64,000 nucleotides of DNA from an uncultured Bacteroidales bacterium (GTDB lineage: Bacteria > Bacteroidota > Bacteroidia > Bacteroidales > GCA-2748055): positions 53,140 through 117,139 of the forward strand of contig CAVZZV010000002.1 in assembly GCA_963779845.1 (NCBI GenBank), in the 5' to 3' direction. The notes under the pieces were generated by a model, which saw only the letters and a list, made by a program, of their open reading frames with translations, made no database searches and was not told the origin of the DNA. This document shows positions 8,678 through 19,937 of the stretch, piece by piece. Made by a program: the position numbers and the translations under genes. The number at the start of each line of letters is the position of its first letter. The stretch's first letter is position 1.

Positions 8678-11677
8678 CTATTCGTTCCTGAATATCTGAT
8701 AATAGATAACAAAATAACCTTCCTGAACCTTAGGATGGAAACTGTCCAGGACTTTAGAAGTCCTTCCTTCATCCAATAAAATATTCTGGTATTCCTTTTG
8801 CTCCTTTATTTTTCCATCTAAATCTTTTATGGTGACGATCAGATTTACCTTTTCCGCATTGCCAAGATGCATGATCACAGGTTCGATTTCATCCTCCGGA
8901 CCATAAACAATATCCACATTATGACTTCCCGCAAGTGTGTGCTGGAATGCCATTTTAACGGCATAAAAGCCAAGTTTAGCATATCCATAATAATCAATCA
9001 GGGGTTTTTCATAGGTTGCGGTATTGCCTCCGCCGTGTAATGTACACCAGGCTAAACCATCATAATCCAACCAGCGTTTTTTCTTGTATGCTTCAAATCC
9101 GCTGAAGGCTTGCCAGGCTTGACTTGTCTCCCATTCATTCACTGTCAGTTGCCTTCCAATCGAGCCTTCATCATATTCCAGTTCATAGGATTTAATCTGA
9201 TAAGAAGGTTTGCCTTTGCGCAAGTTCCAATTGGGCTGTGCAGCAGATTCTTCGCTTTCGAAGTCAAAATATGCTCTCTCTTTACTGTTCAGATAATCGG
9301 TCCTGTATCCTGCCACTCTCCAGCCCTGCTCTCCACTCCAATCTTTTGGATAGGGATACATTCGCAGCGTGGACCAATCTGTACCATAACCGGTAGCATG
9401 ATCCATATCACCCCTGGTAATATTGGAGGCCGTCCAGATGGGAGCCGGATCTACGGGATTTCCCTTCTGATCGAGAGTTCCCTCATCATTTCTGGGAAAT
9501 AACCTGGAATTATTGGCAACAGGACTTATCAGGCGGCTGGGATCATGAGGATATATGTGGTCATATACTTTCTCATACCATGGAACCACCTCCGAATTAA
9601 AGTCGATAAATTTCGGATGATTTCCCGGTTGCCACATTACAATGGAGGGATGATTCCGAACCTGTTTCACATATTTCGGTAATCCCTCGAAATCAAGTAG
9701 CCAGGGACTCCCTGTTCGTACCCAGGTACCGGTAGTCCATTGAAACATTACACCAAGCTGATCTCCTAATTCGGCCATCCGTGGATCATTGACGCCACCT
9801 TTCATTCCATGATGAATACTCATTCGAATGGTGTTGGCGTTCATGTTTTTGATCATCAATATTTCTTTGACCAGCCATTCTTCCGGTCCGGCCCTGAGCC
9901 ATTCAGTAATTTTATCTAGTGGGGATTTATAACCAAACAATAAAGCACCATTCATCATGGAAGGCTTTCCATTGATCCGAAAAGTTCCACCTTCCTGGCT
10001 TACTGTGCGTATGCCTGTAGTAAATACAAAATCATCAATGGATTCTCCATCTTCATTAAATAAAGTAGTTACAACTTTATAAAGGAAGGGCTGTTCCGGT
10101 GTCCATAACTCCGGTCTGGGAATCGTTACATCAGTAATGAATTCCACATTTTTCATCAAACGCAAAGAAACCGGGATTTCTTTTGTAACAATAGGTTTTG
10201 ATGATTCCACAGGATACCAAGGAAGAAATTCAATTTTAAGATGTCCTGAGAATTCTCTTGTTTTTTTCATTTCACGTTCTTCAAATTCCCAATCTTCATT
10301 AATAAGATTGATTCTTAGCTCCTGTTCCGCAAAATGATCATTAATTGATTTTGTGAAAGTAAATAGATCCTGAATATGACTTTTATCCGTTAAATCAATA
10401 TGCATTCTACCTGCGAACCATCCAGTAAATAAATCAGAGGCTGTATGCCTGTTTGTATGTTGTACCTTATTGGGAAATACTTTGACAGCAATAATATTTT
10501 CTTTATCGCTAATAAGATATTCGGAAATATCAAGTGTTCCTGGATATCGATGATGTTGCACCAACACAACTTGTCCGTTGATCCAGATTTCTCCACCCGG
10601 ATCCAGCGTTTCGTAATTTAAACACGCTTTTTCAAATTCTCCGGGTGTGAAAGTCGTACGCATATAGAGATCCTCTCCGGCATAACGTTCTCCTCCGTGA
10701 GGATGGGGAAGTGTTGTTGCAGGCCAGTGATTATCATCATAATCCAGACTTTGCCAGTTTTCCATATTTGGTTTTAGGGCAAAATCCTGGTCGATAAAAG
10801 TATTTATACTAAAAGGTACATCCCTTGTATGAGAATCTTCAGTAAATTCGGCTTTTTCGTAGCTGACACCATAGACATCATCCAGCACAAGCCCCTGTTC
10901 CCCGCGAATTACCAGTTGATTTACAGATTGGCAGGTTAAAAGGGGAATAAAATCGGCTACCAGCTTCTCATTTAGGTATACATTATAGCGACAGTTTTCA
11001 AGATCAACCTCCAATTTTAAAGTTCTCGAATCAAAAGCTGTATTCTGTTTTATGACGTAACTAACTTCTTCCCCTTTGGAATGAATAAGCAATTCATCAC
11101 CTTTTATTTCCAGGGAAGCCACAGGCGTTTCATCACTGGCCAGGCTGAATCTGGATTTACTTATGTTTCCACTTAACTTCCATTCAATAAAAAAACGCCA
11201 TTTCTGTTTGTCAATGGGAATAATGATTTCATCATCCCTGATAAACCTTAACTGCTCATTTTCTGTTTCAACGGCCTTATTGTCTTTCCAAACCTGCATT
11301 TCAGCAATCTCGCTTTTTTCCATGCCGGATTTATACCCCATCCATTTCCAGGATTTAAGTGGAATTCTTTTCCTTACCTCAGGCTCCGGTTGTGGTTTTA
11401 ATTTACTCATTGCCTGCGTAAGTTGGTCATCTGATACAACTTTGGTATCCAGGTTAGGATCATTAAAAAATTCTTTAGCTGCTTTAGCATAATGTTTTAA
11501 GTATTCCACTCTATCTTCTGTGTTGAAAACAGCGGTTTCACCTTTGAAGTCAGTTTCCCCGTTTGCTTTCGGACTATTGGAAAGGTATCTCAATTCAAAT
11601 GATTCAGAAATAGGTTGAGATAAAGCAGATATTTCAAAAAGAAAAAATAGGACTACGAATAATATTGGTGATTTCAT
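8678..11677 (-). CDS. GH2-like glycoside hydrolase (sugar-binding and TIM-barrel domains) with a non-canonical acid/base motif
   Basis: 999 aa with a signal peptide. Its GH2-type motifs include GGEIWINGQVV, NANTIRMSIHH and VRNHPSIVMWQPGNHP, which aligns to the canonical NHPSIxMWSxGNE. Confidence 0.6.
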   Translation of the reverse strand: MKSPILFVVLFFLFEISALSQPISESFELRYLSNSPKANGETDFKGETAVFNTEDRVEYLKHYAKAAKEFFNDPNLDTKVVSDDQLTQAMSKLKPQPEPEVRKRIPLKSWKWMGYKSGMEKSEIAEMQVWKDNKAVETENEQLRFIRDDEIIIPIDKQKWRFFIEWKLSGNISKSRFSLASDETPVASLEIKGDELLIHSKGEEVSYVIKQNTAFDSRTLKLEVDLENCRYNVYLNEKLVADFIPLLTCQSVNQLVIRGEQGLVLDDVYGVSYEKAEFTEDSHTRDVPFSINTFIDQDFALKPNMENWQSLDYDDNHWPATTLPHPHGGERYAGEDLYMRTTFTPGEFEKACLNYETLDPGGEIWINGQVVLVQHHRYPGTLDISEYLISDKENIIAVKVFPNKVQHTNRHTASDLFTGWFAGRMHIDLTDKSHIQDLFTFTKSINDHFAEQELRINLINEDWEFEEREMKKTREFSGHLKIEFLPWYPVESSKPIVTKEIPVSLRLMKNVEFITDVTIPRPELWTPEQPFLYKVVTTLFNEDGESIDDFVFTTGIRTVSQEGGTFRINGKPSMMNGALLFGYKSPLDKITEWLRAGPEEWLVKEILMIKNMNANTIRMSIHHGMKGGVNDPRMAELGDQLGVMFQWTTGTWVRTGSPWLLDFEGLPKYVKQVRNHPSIVMWQPGNHPKFIDFNSEVVPWYEKVYDHIYPHDPSRLISPVANNSRLFPRNDEGTLDQKGNPVDPAPIWTASNITRGDMDHATGYGTDWSTLRMYPYPKDWSGEQGWRVAGYRTDYLNSKERAYFDFESEESAAQPNWNLRKGKPSYQIKSYELEYDEGSIGRQLTVNEWETSQAWQAFSGFEAYKKKRWLDYDGLAWCTLHGGGNTATYEKPLIDYYGYAKLGFYAVKMAFQHTLAGSHNVDIVYGPEDEIEPVIMHLGNAEKVNLIVTIKDLDGKIKEQKEYQNILLDEGRTSKVLDSFHPKVQEGYFVIYYQIFRNE

Positions 11678-11895
11678 TTTTTGAGGTTATACTATTTTGA
11701 CTGTTATAAACTAATGTCGCCTTCAGGGTTTGGTATTGATTCCGGCGTTCCTATTTTCCCAACAATTTTTTCGTTGATAATTTCGAATATAATCTGGTCT
11801 TTGCCATTGCTGCCAATCATATTTTGTCCATTTCCCCATTCCGGGTGGCCACCAATAAAGAGCCTTTGAAAAAATTTGTGTAAACGGGTAGCTAC

Positions 11896-12325
11896 TCATA
11901 TTCTGCATCTATCGCCAAATTTAATAATAAATTGATTAATAATAATTCCCCGGGATCTAATTGGCATGGTCCATTTCTGTTGGATGTTATTTACTGCCAG
12001 GTAAACAGCATTGATCGCCTGGCGGATACCTGCCAGATTATCAGTACATGCTATCAAGATGTCCTCTACTCCTCGATCCTTTAAAACTGTTTGTACATTC
12101 ATCCAGAAAGAGGCGCTTTCGGTCTCTGAGATCCACATACCAAGTACTTAATGTTGATTTTTAAGGTTTTATTACTGTAACCGTTGCGACTGTTATCGCT
12201 ACCGTTTTCCCTGGATTGATTCTTTTCGTAGCCAAGATGCTCATCCATCTCCGCTTTTAATATGCCTTCAACAGCTTGTTTGTAGAGGTCATGGAAAAAA
12301 TCATCAAGTTCTCCCTGGGATTACA
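11896..12325 (-). mobile_element. IS256-family transposase remnant (frameshift plus large internal deletion)
   Basis: The minus-strand frames read GELDDFFHDLYKQAVEGILKAEMDEHLGYEKNQSRENGSDNSRNGYSNKTLK... and then WISETESASFWMNVQTVLKDRGVEDILIACTDNLAGIRQAINAVY...KWTMPIRSRG. The catalytic middle part is missing. Confidence 0.8.
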
Positions 12326-12466
12326 CAAAATTCTTTACACTTCCCATTTTTATTTTTTTACTCTTTATGAATCCACAAAAGTGGGATGTATGTAAAATTT
12401 GGTCGCCAAGTGATACAATTGTGTTAACTATTATTTAAGTATCTTCACTGGAAAATCAAATTAAAG

Positions 12467-14014
12467 CTAACGATCGCTATGTAAGAATGACACCTTATTA
12501 TTACAATCTTCATACATTATCTTGTCTTTGCTTAACTTGCTGTTTATTATCCTAATATACCTTGATCCATTGCCTTTCACAAGTATTTTTTTACTTGATT
12601 TACCCATATTTTCAATTATGATATTTGAACTGTTATCAAATGTTAGAACTACATCATCCTTAGGCTCAACATTTATGTTTTTAATTAGAATTGCATTCGC
12701 ATCGATCATTAAAATTCCTTGTTCCGACTTTACATTTATATTTTCCATGGTAATCGCTTCGATGGGCATTTCTGGCAATCCCTGTATTCGAATAGCATAT
12801 TCTCCTGCATGTTCGCATTGAATATTTCGGAAATTCATATTTCGGATTCGGGGAGTCATTCTGGTTAGTGGATGAGCCGGATATCGTTCGGTATAGCGGG
12901 GCATATGTATTTTTATGGCTTCGTTAACCATTGACCCCATCTTTATATCTTCAAACCAAACATTTTCAATGGCTTCGCCTCTTCCACGTGCTGTTTTAAT
13001 CCTTAATCCTCGATCTGTTCCATTAAACTCACAATCGTGAATATAAATGTTTCGAATCCCGCCCGATGTTTCGCTTCCGATAACTACGCCACCATGGCCT
13101 TTTAAACTCACACAATCTTTAACTTCAATATTCTCGGTTGGAATTCCTTTTTTATATCCATCAATTCCCCTACCGGATTTTAGTGTAATGCAATCGTCTC
13201 CTGTGTTTAACGTGCAACCTTCTATCAATACATTTTTACAGGATGAAAGGTTAATACCATCACCATTCCCGGTTTTTCCATATTCTCCGATCGTTTCTAC
13301 GGATACATTTCTGATGGTAATATTCTCTGAATAAACCGGATTAACCGTCCAGTAAGCGCCATATTTTACTGTAATATCTTCTATTAGAATATTCTTACAA
13401 TAAATAGGCATTATAAAACAAGGTGCAAGTAAAGTTTTATTTATGTCATCAAATATACGTTCACTAAGCGGGACATCATTTTCTGCCATTTCCATTAAGC
13501 TTACAAAGGGGTCTTCGCTTTCTGGAATTGCATTTCGATAATCCCACCAGGTTTTACCCTGCCCAAATAAAACTGCTTTACCAATTACTCCAATATTAGA
13601 TGCGCCGTTTGCATAAATAAAGGCTGAATGTTTGTAGCAATCTATTCCCTGATGCCGGGAAAGCACAGCCGGAAGATAATCATCGGTGTCGGTACTGAAC
13701 AGAATTTCAGTTCCCTCTTCAAATTTCACGCATACATTATCTTTCAAAACAATTGGGCCTACCAGCCATTTCCCTTTGGGCACTGTAACGTAACCTCCTC
13801 CTGAGTTTGTTGCTTTTTCAATGGCATCAGCGAATGCTTTTGTACATTTTTCCTTTCCTCCTTCCCGGGCTCCAAAATCCATGACGGAAAAATATTTTTC
13901 CGGAAAGGTAGGCTGGTTGACCTCTATTTCAAATGGCGGGGTAGTTTTATCTTGAGCCTGAGAAGGGTCAAAAAACATAACCAACAGTAGCAAAAGACAT
14001 ATTCTCCTATTCAT
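12467..14014 (-). CDS. GH28 glycoside hydrolase (polygalacturonase-like parallel beta-helix)
   Basis: 515 aa with a signal peptide. It carries the GH28 signature blocks GDGINLSS, NTGDDCITLKSG, GHGGVVIGSE and RGLRIKT. Confidence 0.85.
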   Translation of the reverse strand: MNRRICLLLLLVMFFDPSQAQDKTTPPFEIEVNQPTFPEKYFSVMDFGAREGGKEKCTKAFADAIEKATNSGGGYVTVPKGKWLVGPIVLKDNVCVKFEEGTEILFSTDTDDYLPAVLSRHQGIDCYKHSAFIYANGASNIGVIGKAVLFGQGKTWWDYRNAIPESEDPFVSLMEMAENDVPLSERIFDDINKTLLAPCFIMPIYCKNILIEDITVKYGAYWTVNPVYSENITIRNVSVETIGEYGKTGNGDGINLSSCKNVLIEGCTLNTGDDCITLKSGRGIDGYKKGIPTENIEVKDCVSLKGHGGVVIGSETSGGIRNIYIHDCEFNGTDRGLRIKTARGRGEAIENVWFEDIKMGSMVNEAIKIHMPRYTERYPAHPLTRMTPRIRNMNFRNIQCEHAGEYAIRIQGLPEMPIEAITMENINVKSEQGILMIDANAILIKNINVEPKDDVVLTFDNSSNIIIENMGKSSKKILVKGNGSRYIRIINSKLSKDKIMYEDCNNKVSFLHSDR

Positions 14015-14086
14015 TTTCTATTATTTTTGTTTGAGTATTACTTTTTCAAATTTTCAATTTGCTTTTTTAAGTATAAAACATAATTA

Positions 14087-16157
14087 TCAGAAATCATCGA
14101 CGCCGTCATCCATTTCGTTCGATTCCAATGTCTTCTCGCCATTGATAACTGAAGCATATTTCCTGCGAGCTTCAACCAGTTTAATGCCACGTGCAATCTT
14201 CTGTTCGTAATCTCCCTGTTGGTCATTACTACGCAAAAGTTTGGTACCGGAGGCATCATCCGCACCTTCCTCTATCACTGGTAGTTTGAACCAACATATA
14301 TCCAAATCGTCCTTGTGGGTCGTGCGAAAATCGACCAGCCTTTGAGTAGCCTCTAAACGCTCTTTAAGCGGTGCCTCTGAACCCAAACGATTGAGATTGA
14401 TAGCATGAAAGGCAAGTCGGGAGTGCTGATTGGAGAGCTGCAATTGTTTGATCAAACGCAACTGTTCAGGGGTGATATACTTGCTCCTTTCTTTCGGATT
14501 GAGATTGTTGTAATCTCTACCTCCCTGAAGTGCCTTGGCAGCCGCCTGCGCCAAAATGGCATCTGTCTTATCGAAGTCAGCATCATTGTATAGCAGATCA
14601 ACACACAAAAGCTGCTTACTACGGAAAAGCTTCTGTCCGGGGGTAATGCTAAAGATTAAATCCTTATTCTTCATCGCGCGCCCTTCCCACATATTTTCAC
14701 GCCAGTAAGCGTAGTATGATTTAATATCGTCTGCAGCTGCGCCATAGGCACTGCAATACTCATCTTCTAATTCTGAAAATGTTGCATTAGGGTCATTAAA
14801 AGCCTTGGACATGACATAGTTTGTTATACCGGTAGTCGGCCAAAAACCATATTTAGTATCGTAATCAGTTCCACGTAAAGTAAAGTATTGATTAGCGATT
14901 TTGTACTTTTCAAACATGAACTTTTCAAAACCCATAGGAAGTCCGGTATCTTGATTCAAATCGTTGGGACGCAAATAGACTATCTGCGCATTGGCTTTTT
15001 TCCATTTCTGGTAATAGTCATGGGATTCCTCGTGAGTGACCATTAAATTTGGCAGAAGAGAAGACGATGATATTATCTTCCAATTTCTCACGACGTGGTG
15101 GAAAATGGTAACGGCTGTAAGCATAAAAGAGAGTATGCACATCTGGCCTAAGTTCACGAGCTTTGCGCTGAACCGCATTGGTAAAATAGACATAACGATC
15201 AGTCATATGACGATCATTAATGTTCAATTCCTCTTCGCCTGGCAATACAACATCGAGCGCCAAACATTCTTCACAAACGCAAAAGTTACGCGAGTCATTT
15301 TCAATTACATTAAGATACTGCGGCATACCTTTTTCTTGCCATTCTTCAATAATTTTATCCACCAGTGCTGTACTGCTACAGCACATCTTAATGCGATTGG
15401 CGCGCTTTTCTCCACCAACTGGAGCACGAGTGCCTTTATCGGACAAAGCGAAAAATTCAGGATTGGTTTTACCATACTTTTCCCACCATTTAGTGAAAGA
15501 ATGACCATAGCCAAAATTAATATGACTGCCCAATCGCATGCGTCTACGCCAATCAAGTTCCTTTTCATTATGCTTCTTAAATTCCTCAAGTGTGTAAAAG
15601 TCATGTTTCACATCCACCTGATCGTTACGAAAGCACATTCTTATGTGACGCTTCACTAATTCCTGTTCCCAGGAATAATTTCCGCTATCAAAAACGATGT
15701 TCTTACTATGTGGATAGAGTGTTCCATCTCTACCAGGCTGAACCCAACGCACACCCAAATCTTCTAAAAACATATACACTGCGAAAGCGGAGCCATATCG
15801 TGGTTTTTTATCGCCAATCGAATCATCGCCATACAAATAGGTGGCCTTACTCCCTCGAACCTGTTTCGCCTCTTCCGGCTTGAGTGCTTCATTGTCATAA
15901 TCAGGAGCGATACCAACGTAGAACGTGTAATTACCTTCTAGCGGGGTGGAGGTTATCTTTATAGTTTCACCAGTGATTAATTTTAAATGGTCTGTCAACT
16001 CCCGGGCAGCTAAAGATACTTGTTCATTAGGCTCTTCTCCTACAACGATGACGCACTTTTTTGGATTGACTACAATCTGCTTACTAGATGCCCAATTATT
16101 AGCATTCTTACTTTGCTTTGCGTAAATTGTGAACACACTTGCTCCTACGATAGCCAA
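14087..16157 (-). pseudogene. DUF4838-like glycoside-hydrolase-related protein split by one frameshift
   Basis: ORFs 15018..16157 (signal peptide, ...NFCVCEECLALD...) and 14087..15193 overlap by 176 nt in different frames. Together they make one protein of about 700 aa. The family name is from memory of similar PUL proteins. Confidence 0.55.
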
Positions 16158-16291
16158 CGCAACAGCTATTGTGGTGACGATTTTTTCTTCTTCATACCTT
16201 TTTTCATTAAAAAATTATAAATAGTTTTCTTCTTGTTTATTTACTATTTCTTTGATTACTGCCTTACAATAGTTTACTTTTTTTAAGAAAA

Positions 16292-18501
16292 TCAGAAATC
16301 AAGGGCGAATCGCTTTTGTCCTTCACCCATTTCTATTTTTCTAAGGCCGTATCCATCAATTACTGGAACAACAAATGTCAATATTACAGGAACAGACCAG
16401 TCGGTATCAAGAACTCCTCTGACTCTCCCTTCCTCATATTTTATATCTGAAATTTCCAACCCACCGCATGCGAAGTTAAGATCGGTACCGATGAACATCG
16501 CTGATTTTCCATCCCAAGCAACGATTTTCATCAGCTTGCTTTTATGTCCCTCAATATTTTTAAGGTCAAGTGTTTCACCCTTTGATAAATAGCCCAGAAT
16601 CTTCTGGCTTTGAAAATCATATATTAGGAACTTTCCTCCCACTAAATTACCTATTATATTTTGATCGAGTATAACTTGATAATCCTTACTTTTATCTGAC
16701 CAGTTTGCTATGGTAAGCATATTCCAATCTCCTAATTTATTGCATTTAGGAGTAATGTGTGTTACCATCAATCGGGTACGTTTGTATTAAAAATGTCAAC
16801 AGGTTTTGATGTTGAATTAACTGATGGAACAACATACTTATATAGCATCTTACGATCTTTGTCTAATACAGAAAAGTCTTCGGTGAAGTTGATTAAGTTT
16901 CCACAAATGAACTGATTAATCGTATTGGTAAACGCTTCTTCATCTGTAAATTTACCTTGTGTGAATTTATCTATAACTGTGTTTTTTTTCTCTCTTCGAA
17001 CCAACATTGCATCAGAATTTACATGCCACAAATCAGCCATCCATGTTCAACGAATATTCTGCTGGTATATAGGTAATTATTCATCCCAATTAGCGCGCGC
17101 GTCACTTCCAGAGGCTTGTGAATTGGCAATCCCCAATGATGCACCATAATGACCACCACAAATCCAAATATAAGTGTCATTCCCAGCACCGCGATGAATT
17201 GCCTCCAGCCCTCTGCGATATGCTTCAAGAGATGTTGCAGTTTTATCATAAAATTGCTGGTCATTATCATTGAATACAGCTCTCATAAAATCGAACTTTA
17301 AATATTTGTAGCCCCAGTTGCGAGATACTTTTCTGTATTGCTTTTCGAGATATTCACATGCGCCTGGATATGTCGGATCAAGAATAAAGTGATCACGGTC
17401 TAACATATGAAAAATAATCTCCTGACCTTTACTATTCTTTAACAACCATTCAGGATGATTTTTAGCCAGATTAGTTTCACCATCAACTAGAAAGGGAGCT
17501 GTCCAGATACCAGGTGTATAACCGACCGATTTAATCTGTTGTGCAGCCCATTTCATTCCCGCGGGAAATTGATTGTTGGCTTCGAAATCTCCCCAGCGAT
17601 TTATTCCCCAACATGCATCTATAAGAAATACATCAAATGGCAGATGTTCCTTTTTAAATTGTAGAATATCATTTTTAAAAATGTTTTCATTATAATTTCT
17701 TGCATGGTAATACCATGTACAATATACAGCTGGAGCATTTTTTGCTGGTAGATTTATATTGTGAAATGATCTGACACGCTTGGTATAATCTGTTATGAGG
17801 GAGTGCGCATTATTCCCTTTCGAAAGTATAACCCATTGACTTGACCTATTTCCGTTCTTTGGTAGCTCTACTCCTTCAAAATTACAATTTGATAAAATAT
17901 TGTCTAATTGCATATTGTTATCAAATGAAACAGAGATCTCAGCCAAATGATTATTAAATGTCTGATACCCGATAAATAAATTTTCGCCGACACCATTATT
18001 ATTGTTTATTATGAAGAATGGATCACAGGTAAAAGTTTCTTCGGCTGCTGGTACTTCGCATTTTGGTTTACCGTTTTTGTAACGATATTGTGTTAGAACT
18101 CTCCAATCAGAGATTTTTCCAAATTTAAAAGAATCTTTCCCATCAATAAAAAGAGGATATAGATTTTTAAGTCTAATAGGCTTTTCAGATGTATTTGTAA
18201 AAATCTGACGAAAAGCAATAAGATCTTTTTTTTCAGAAATCCATGTCTGACAGGTCAACAACCCAATATTATTTGAATAAGTAATAGAATTTAATTGTCC
18301 GTTATACCCAAATAATGTTTTAGGACTGGTGGTTTCGTCCTTTATTTTCCAGTTAACTGGATCTGATAACTGTGGAATACACTCAGGCTTACGCATACGA
18401 AGTGAGAAATTAAAATCGTCAGATGATATGAAAGTAATCTGATCCTTACGATTGATTTGAAATTCCTGGGCTTCAACATTTATTTGGAATATCAAAATCA
18501 T
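16292..18501 (-). pseudogene. Alpha-galactosidase-like glycoside hydrolase (clan GH-D, GH36/GH27-like) broken into three ORFs
   Basis: The segments 17077..18501, 16768..17040 and 16292..16771 are collinear. Motifs are CTWYYHARNY, DVFLIDACWG, WTAPFLV and YLKFDFM. The C-terminal beta-sandwich part lies in the two downstream ORFs. Confidence 0.6.
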
Positions 18502-18519
18502 AAATAACTTTAGTGTTGT

Positions 18520-18849
18520 GGATATAGCATTTTTATTTATTGCTTTATTCAGTTTTAGCAAAACCCTCACTAACCCGTCTCCTGTAAATGAGGCAATTTT
18601 GCAAATACGGTTTATTTCACAAAACGAAGACATGATAATTGAAAACAAAATCTGGTTAACCCCGAACTTTGTAGCACTATGCCACTCGGTTGGGAATAGA
18701 GTGCTGACTGATTTTATGATGCCTTGCTTTTTCATGTATTTTGCTACTGTATTAAGTCCTGAATACTTCATGATATTACTTCCTGTAAACGAATATCTTA
18801 CAACCTGTGACTGGCCTTTTAGTTTTTCTTTGTATTTTTCAACTGCCAA
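18520..18849 (-). pseudogene. IS1380/IS4-like transposase N-terminal remnant fused in frame to the alpha-galactosidase-like ORF
   Basis: MAVEKYKEKLKGQSQVVRYSFTGSNIMKYSGLNTVAKYMKKQGIIKSVSTLFP...ILFSIIMSSFCEINRICKIASFTGDGLV resembles transposase N-termini. It runs without a stop into ...KLFMILIFQINVEAQ, a truncated signal peptide. Confidence 0.5.
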
Positions 18850-18951
18850 GTTGGCGGTTATTTCTCGTTGAAACTTTATTTTGTAACTACTTGAAAATAA
18901 GTAATTAACATCACTTTTTCTAATTTTTAATTTACTTTTTCAAGTAATATT

Positions 18952-19208
18952 TTATAAGCTCAAATCTTCTTCAATCATTTCCAGCCATTCTGAGTTGCTT
19001 TCAACCATAAGACTGGCCAGTATAAAGGGTCCGGTAGCCTTGCCATCATTTGAACCAACCGGTTCGCTAATGTAATATTCAAAGGAACCATCTCTGCGAG
19101 CCTTATCTTCCGGTCCCAATCCGGCAACCCGACAAACCGATGTTATAGTCATATTTCCATTCTCTTCGACTTCCATAAAATTTTTCAGGATCCCATTGTA
19201 TGCTTTAA
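18952..19208 (-). pseudogene. GH105/GH88-like unsaturated glycuronyl hydrolase, C-terminal remnant only
   Basis: The sequence ...VCRVAGLGPEDKARRDGSFEYYISEPVGSNDGKATGPFILASLMVE* is typical of the C-terminus of these (alpha/alpha)6 hydrolases. The reading frame starts directly at the IS21 left end (19209). Confidence 0.45.
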
Positions 19209-19283
19209 TTGGAAAAACCGGCCATACTGACCACCCTTCTACGATTTAAAGTGACCACCATTACCGGAGCAAATTGACCACCC
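19209..19283. repeat. IS21 left-end repeat block (3 copies of the TGACCACC-containing unit)
   Basis: The three copies are ...CATACTGACCACCC, ...TTAAAGTGACCACCATTACCGGAG and CAAATTGACCACCC. They are inverted relative to the right-end block. Confidence 0.8.
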
Positions 19284-19336
19284 ACATTTTTTCATCAAAA
19301 AAGAACTCTTTTCACGTTGTCAGTTGTTAAACAAAT

Positions 19337-19729
19337 TTACATATTTTCTTCGTTAATTTTTTTTCTTTTTCTCCTCATAGATTCACCTTCTAGTTCAATA
19401 CGATGAGATTGATGTATTAATCTATCCAGGATAGCGTCTGCAATGGTTTTTTCTCCTATGATTTCATACCATCCTTTAACAGGGATTTGGGAAGTTACTA
19501 TTATAGATCCGCTATTATGTCTGTCTTCGATGATCTCTAAAAGTGCGATCCTGTTTTGATTATCAAGAGGTTGAAGCCCAAAGTCGTCAAGGATAATTAG
19601 GTTTTGTCTTTCGATCTTAGCATCGGTTATCATTGACACAAACTGATCTAAAGTATAGTCATCTGTTTTTCCTGTTTCAACAGCTATCTTAAATTCTCCA
19701 TGCATCCCATATAGCTTCATCTGTTTCAT
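19337..19729 (-). pseudogene. istB: IstB-like helper ATPase with an internal deletion (Walker A region missing)
   Basis: The 130-aa ORF joins the IstB N-terminus (MKLYGM...DQFVSMI) directly to the C-terminal part (LIILDDFGLQPL...SIIVTSQ...ADAILDRLIHQSHRIELEGESMR). Confidence 0.8.
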
Positions 19730-19937
19730 TTTCGTTAGTGTAATTTCATTTATTTTTTTGATTTTATTATTTATAATAGTTTTTCACCTCTAATGTTATT
19801 ATGTTCAGGAAGTTCCTGATCTGTTTCTTCTTCCTCTATAAGCATATCCAGTCTGTTTTTCAAGGATGTTTTGTATAACCTTGTAGTTATATACCTTGAA
19901 GTCTAATGCTCTCTTACAAGCTTTGATAAGCCTTTCA

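Noticed and set aside
11678-11908. ORFs 11681..11869 (+) and 11723..11908 (-) between the GH2-like gene and the IS256 remnant
   Set aside because: They lie beyond the C-terminal end of the IS256 transposase frame and overlap each other on opposite strands. They have Trp/Pro-rich odd composition. The sequence is probably IS-end or intergenic.
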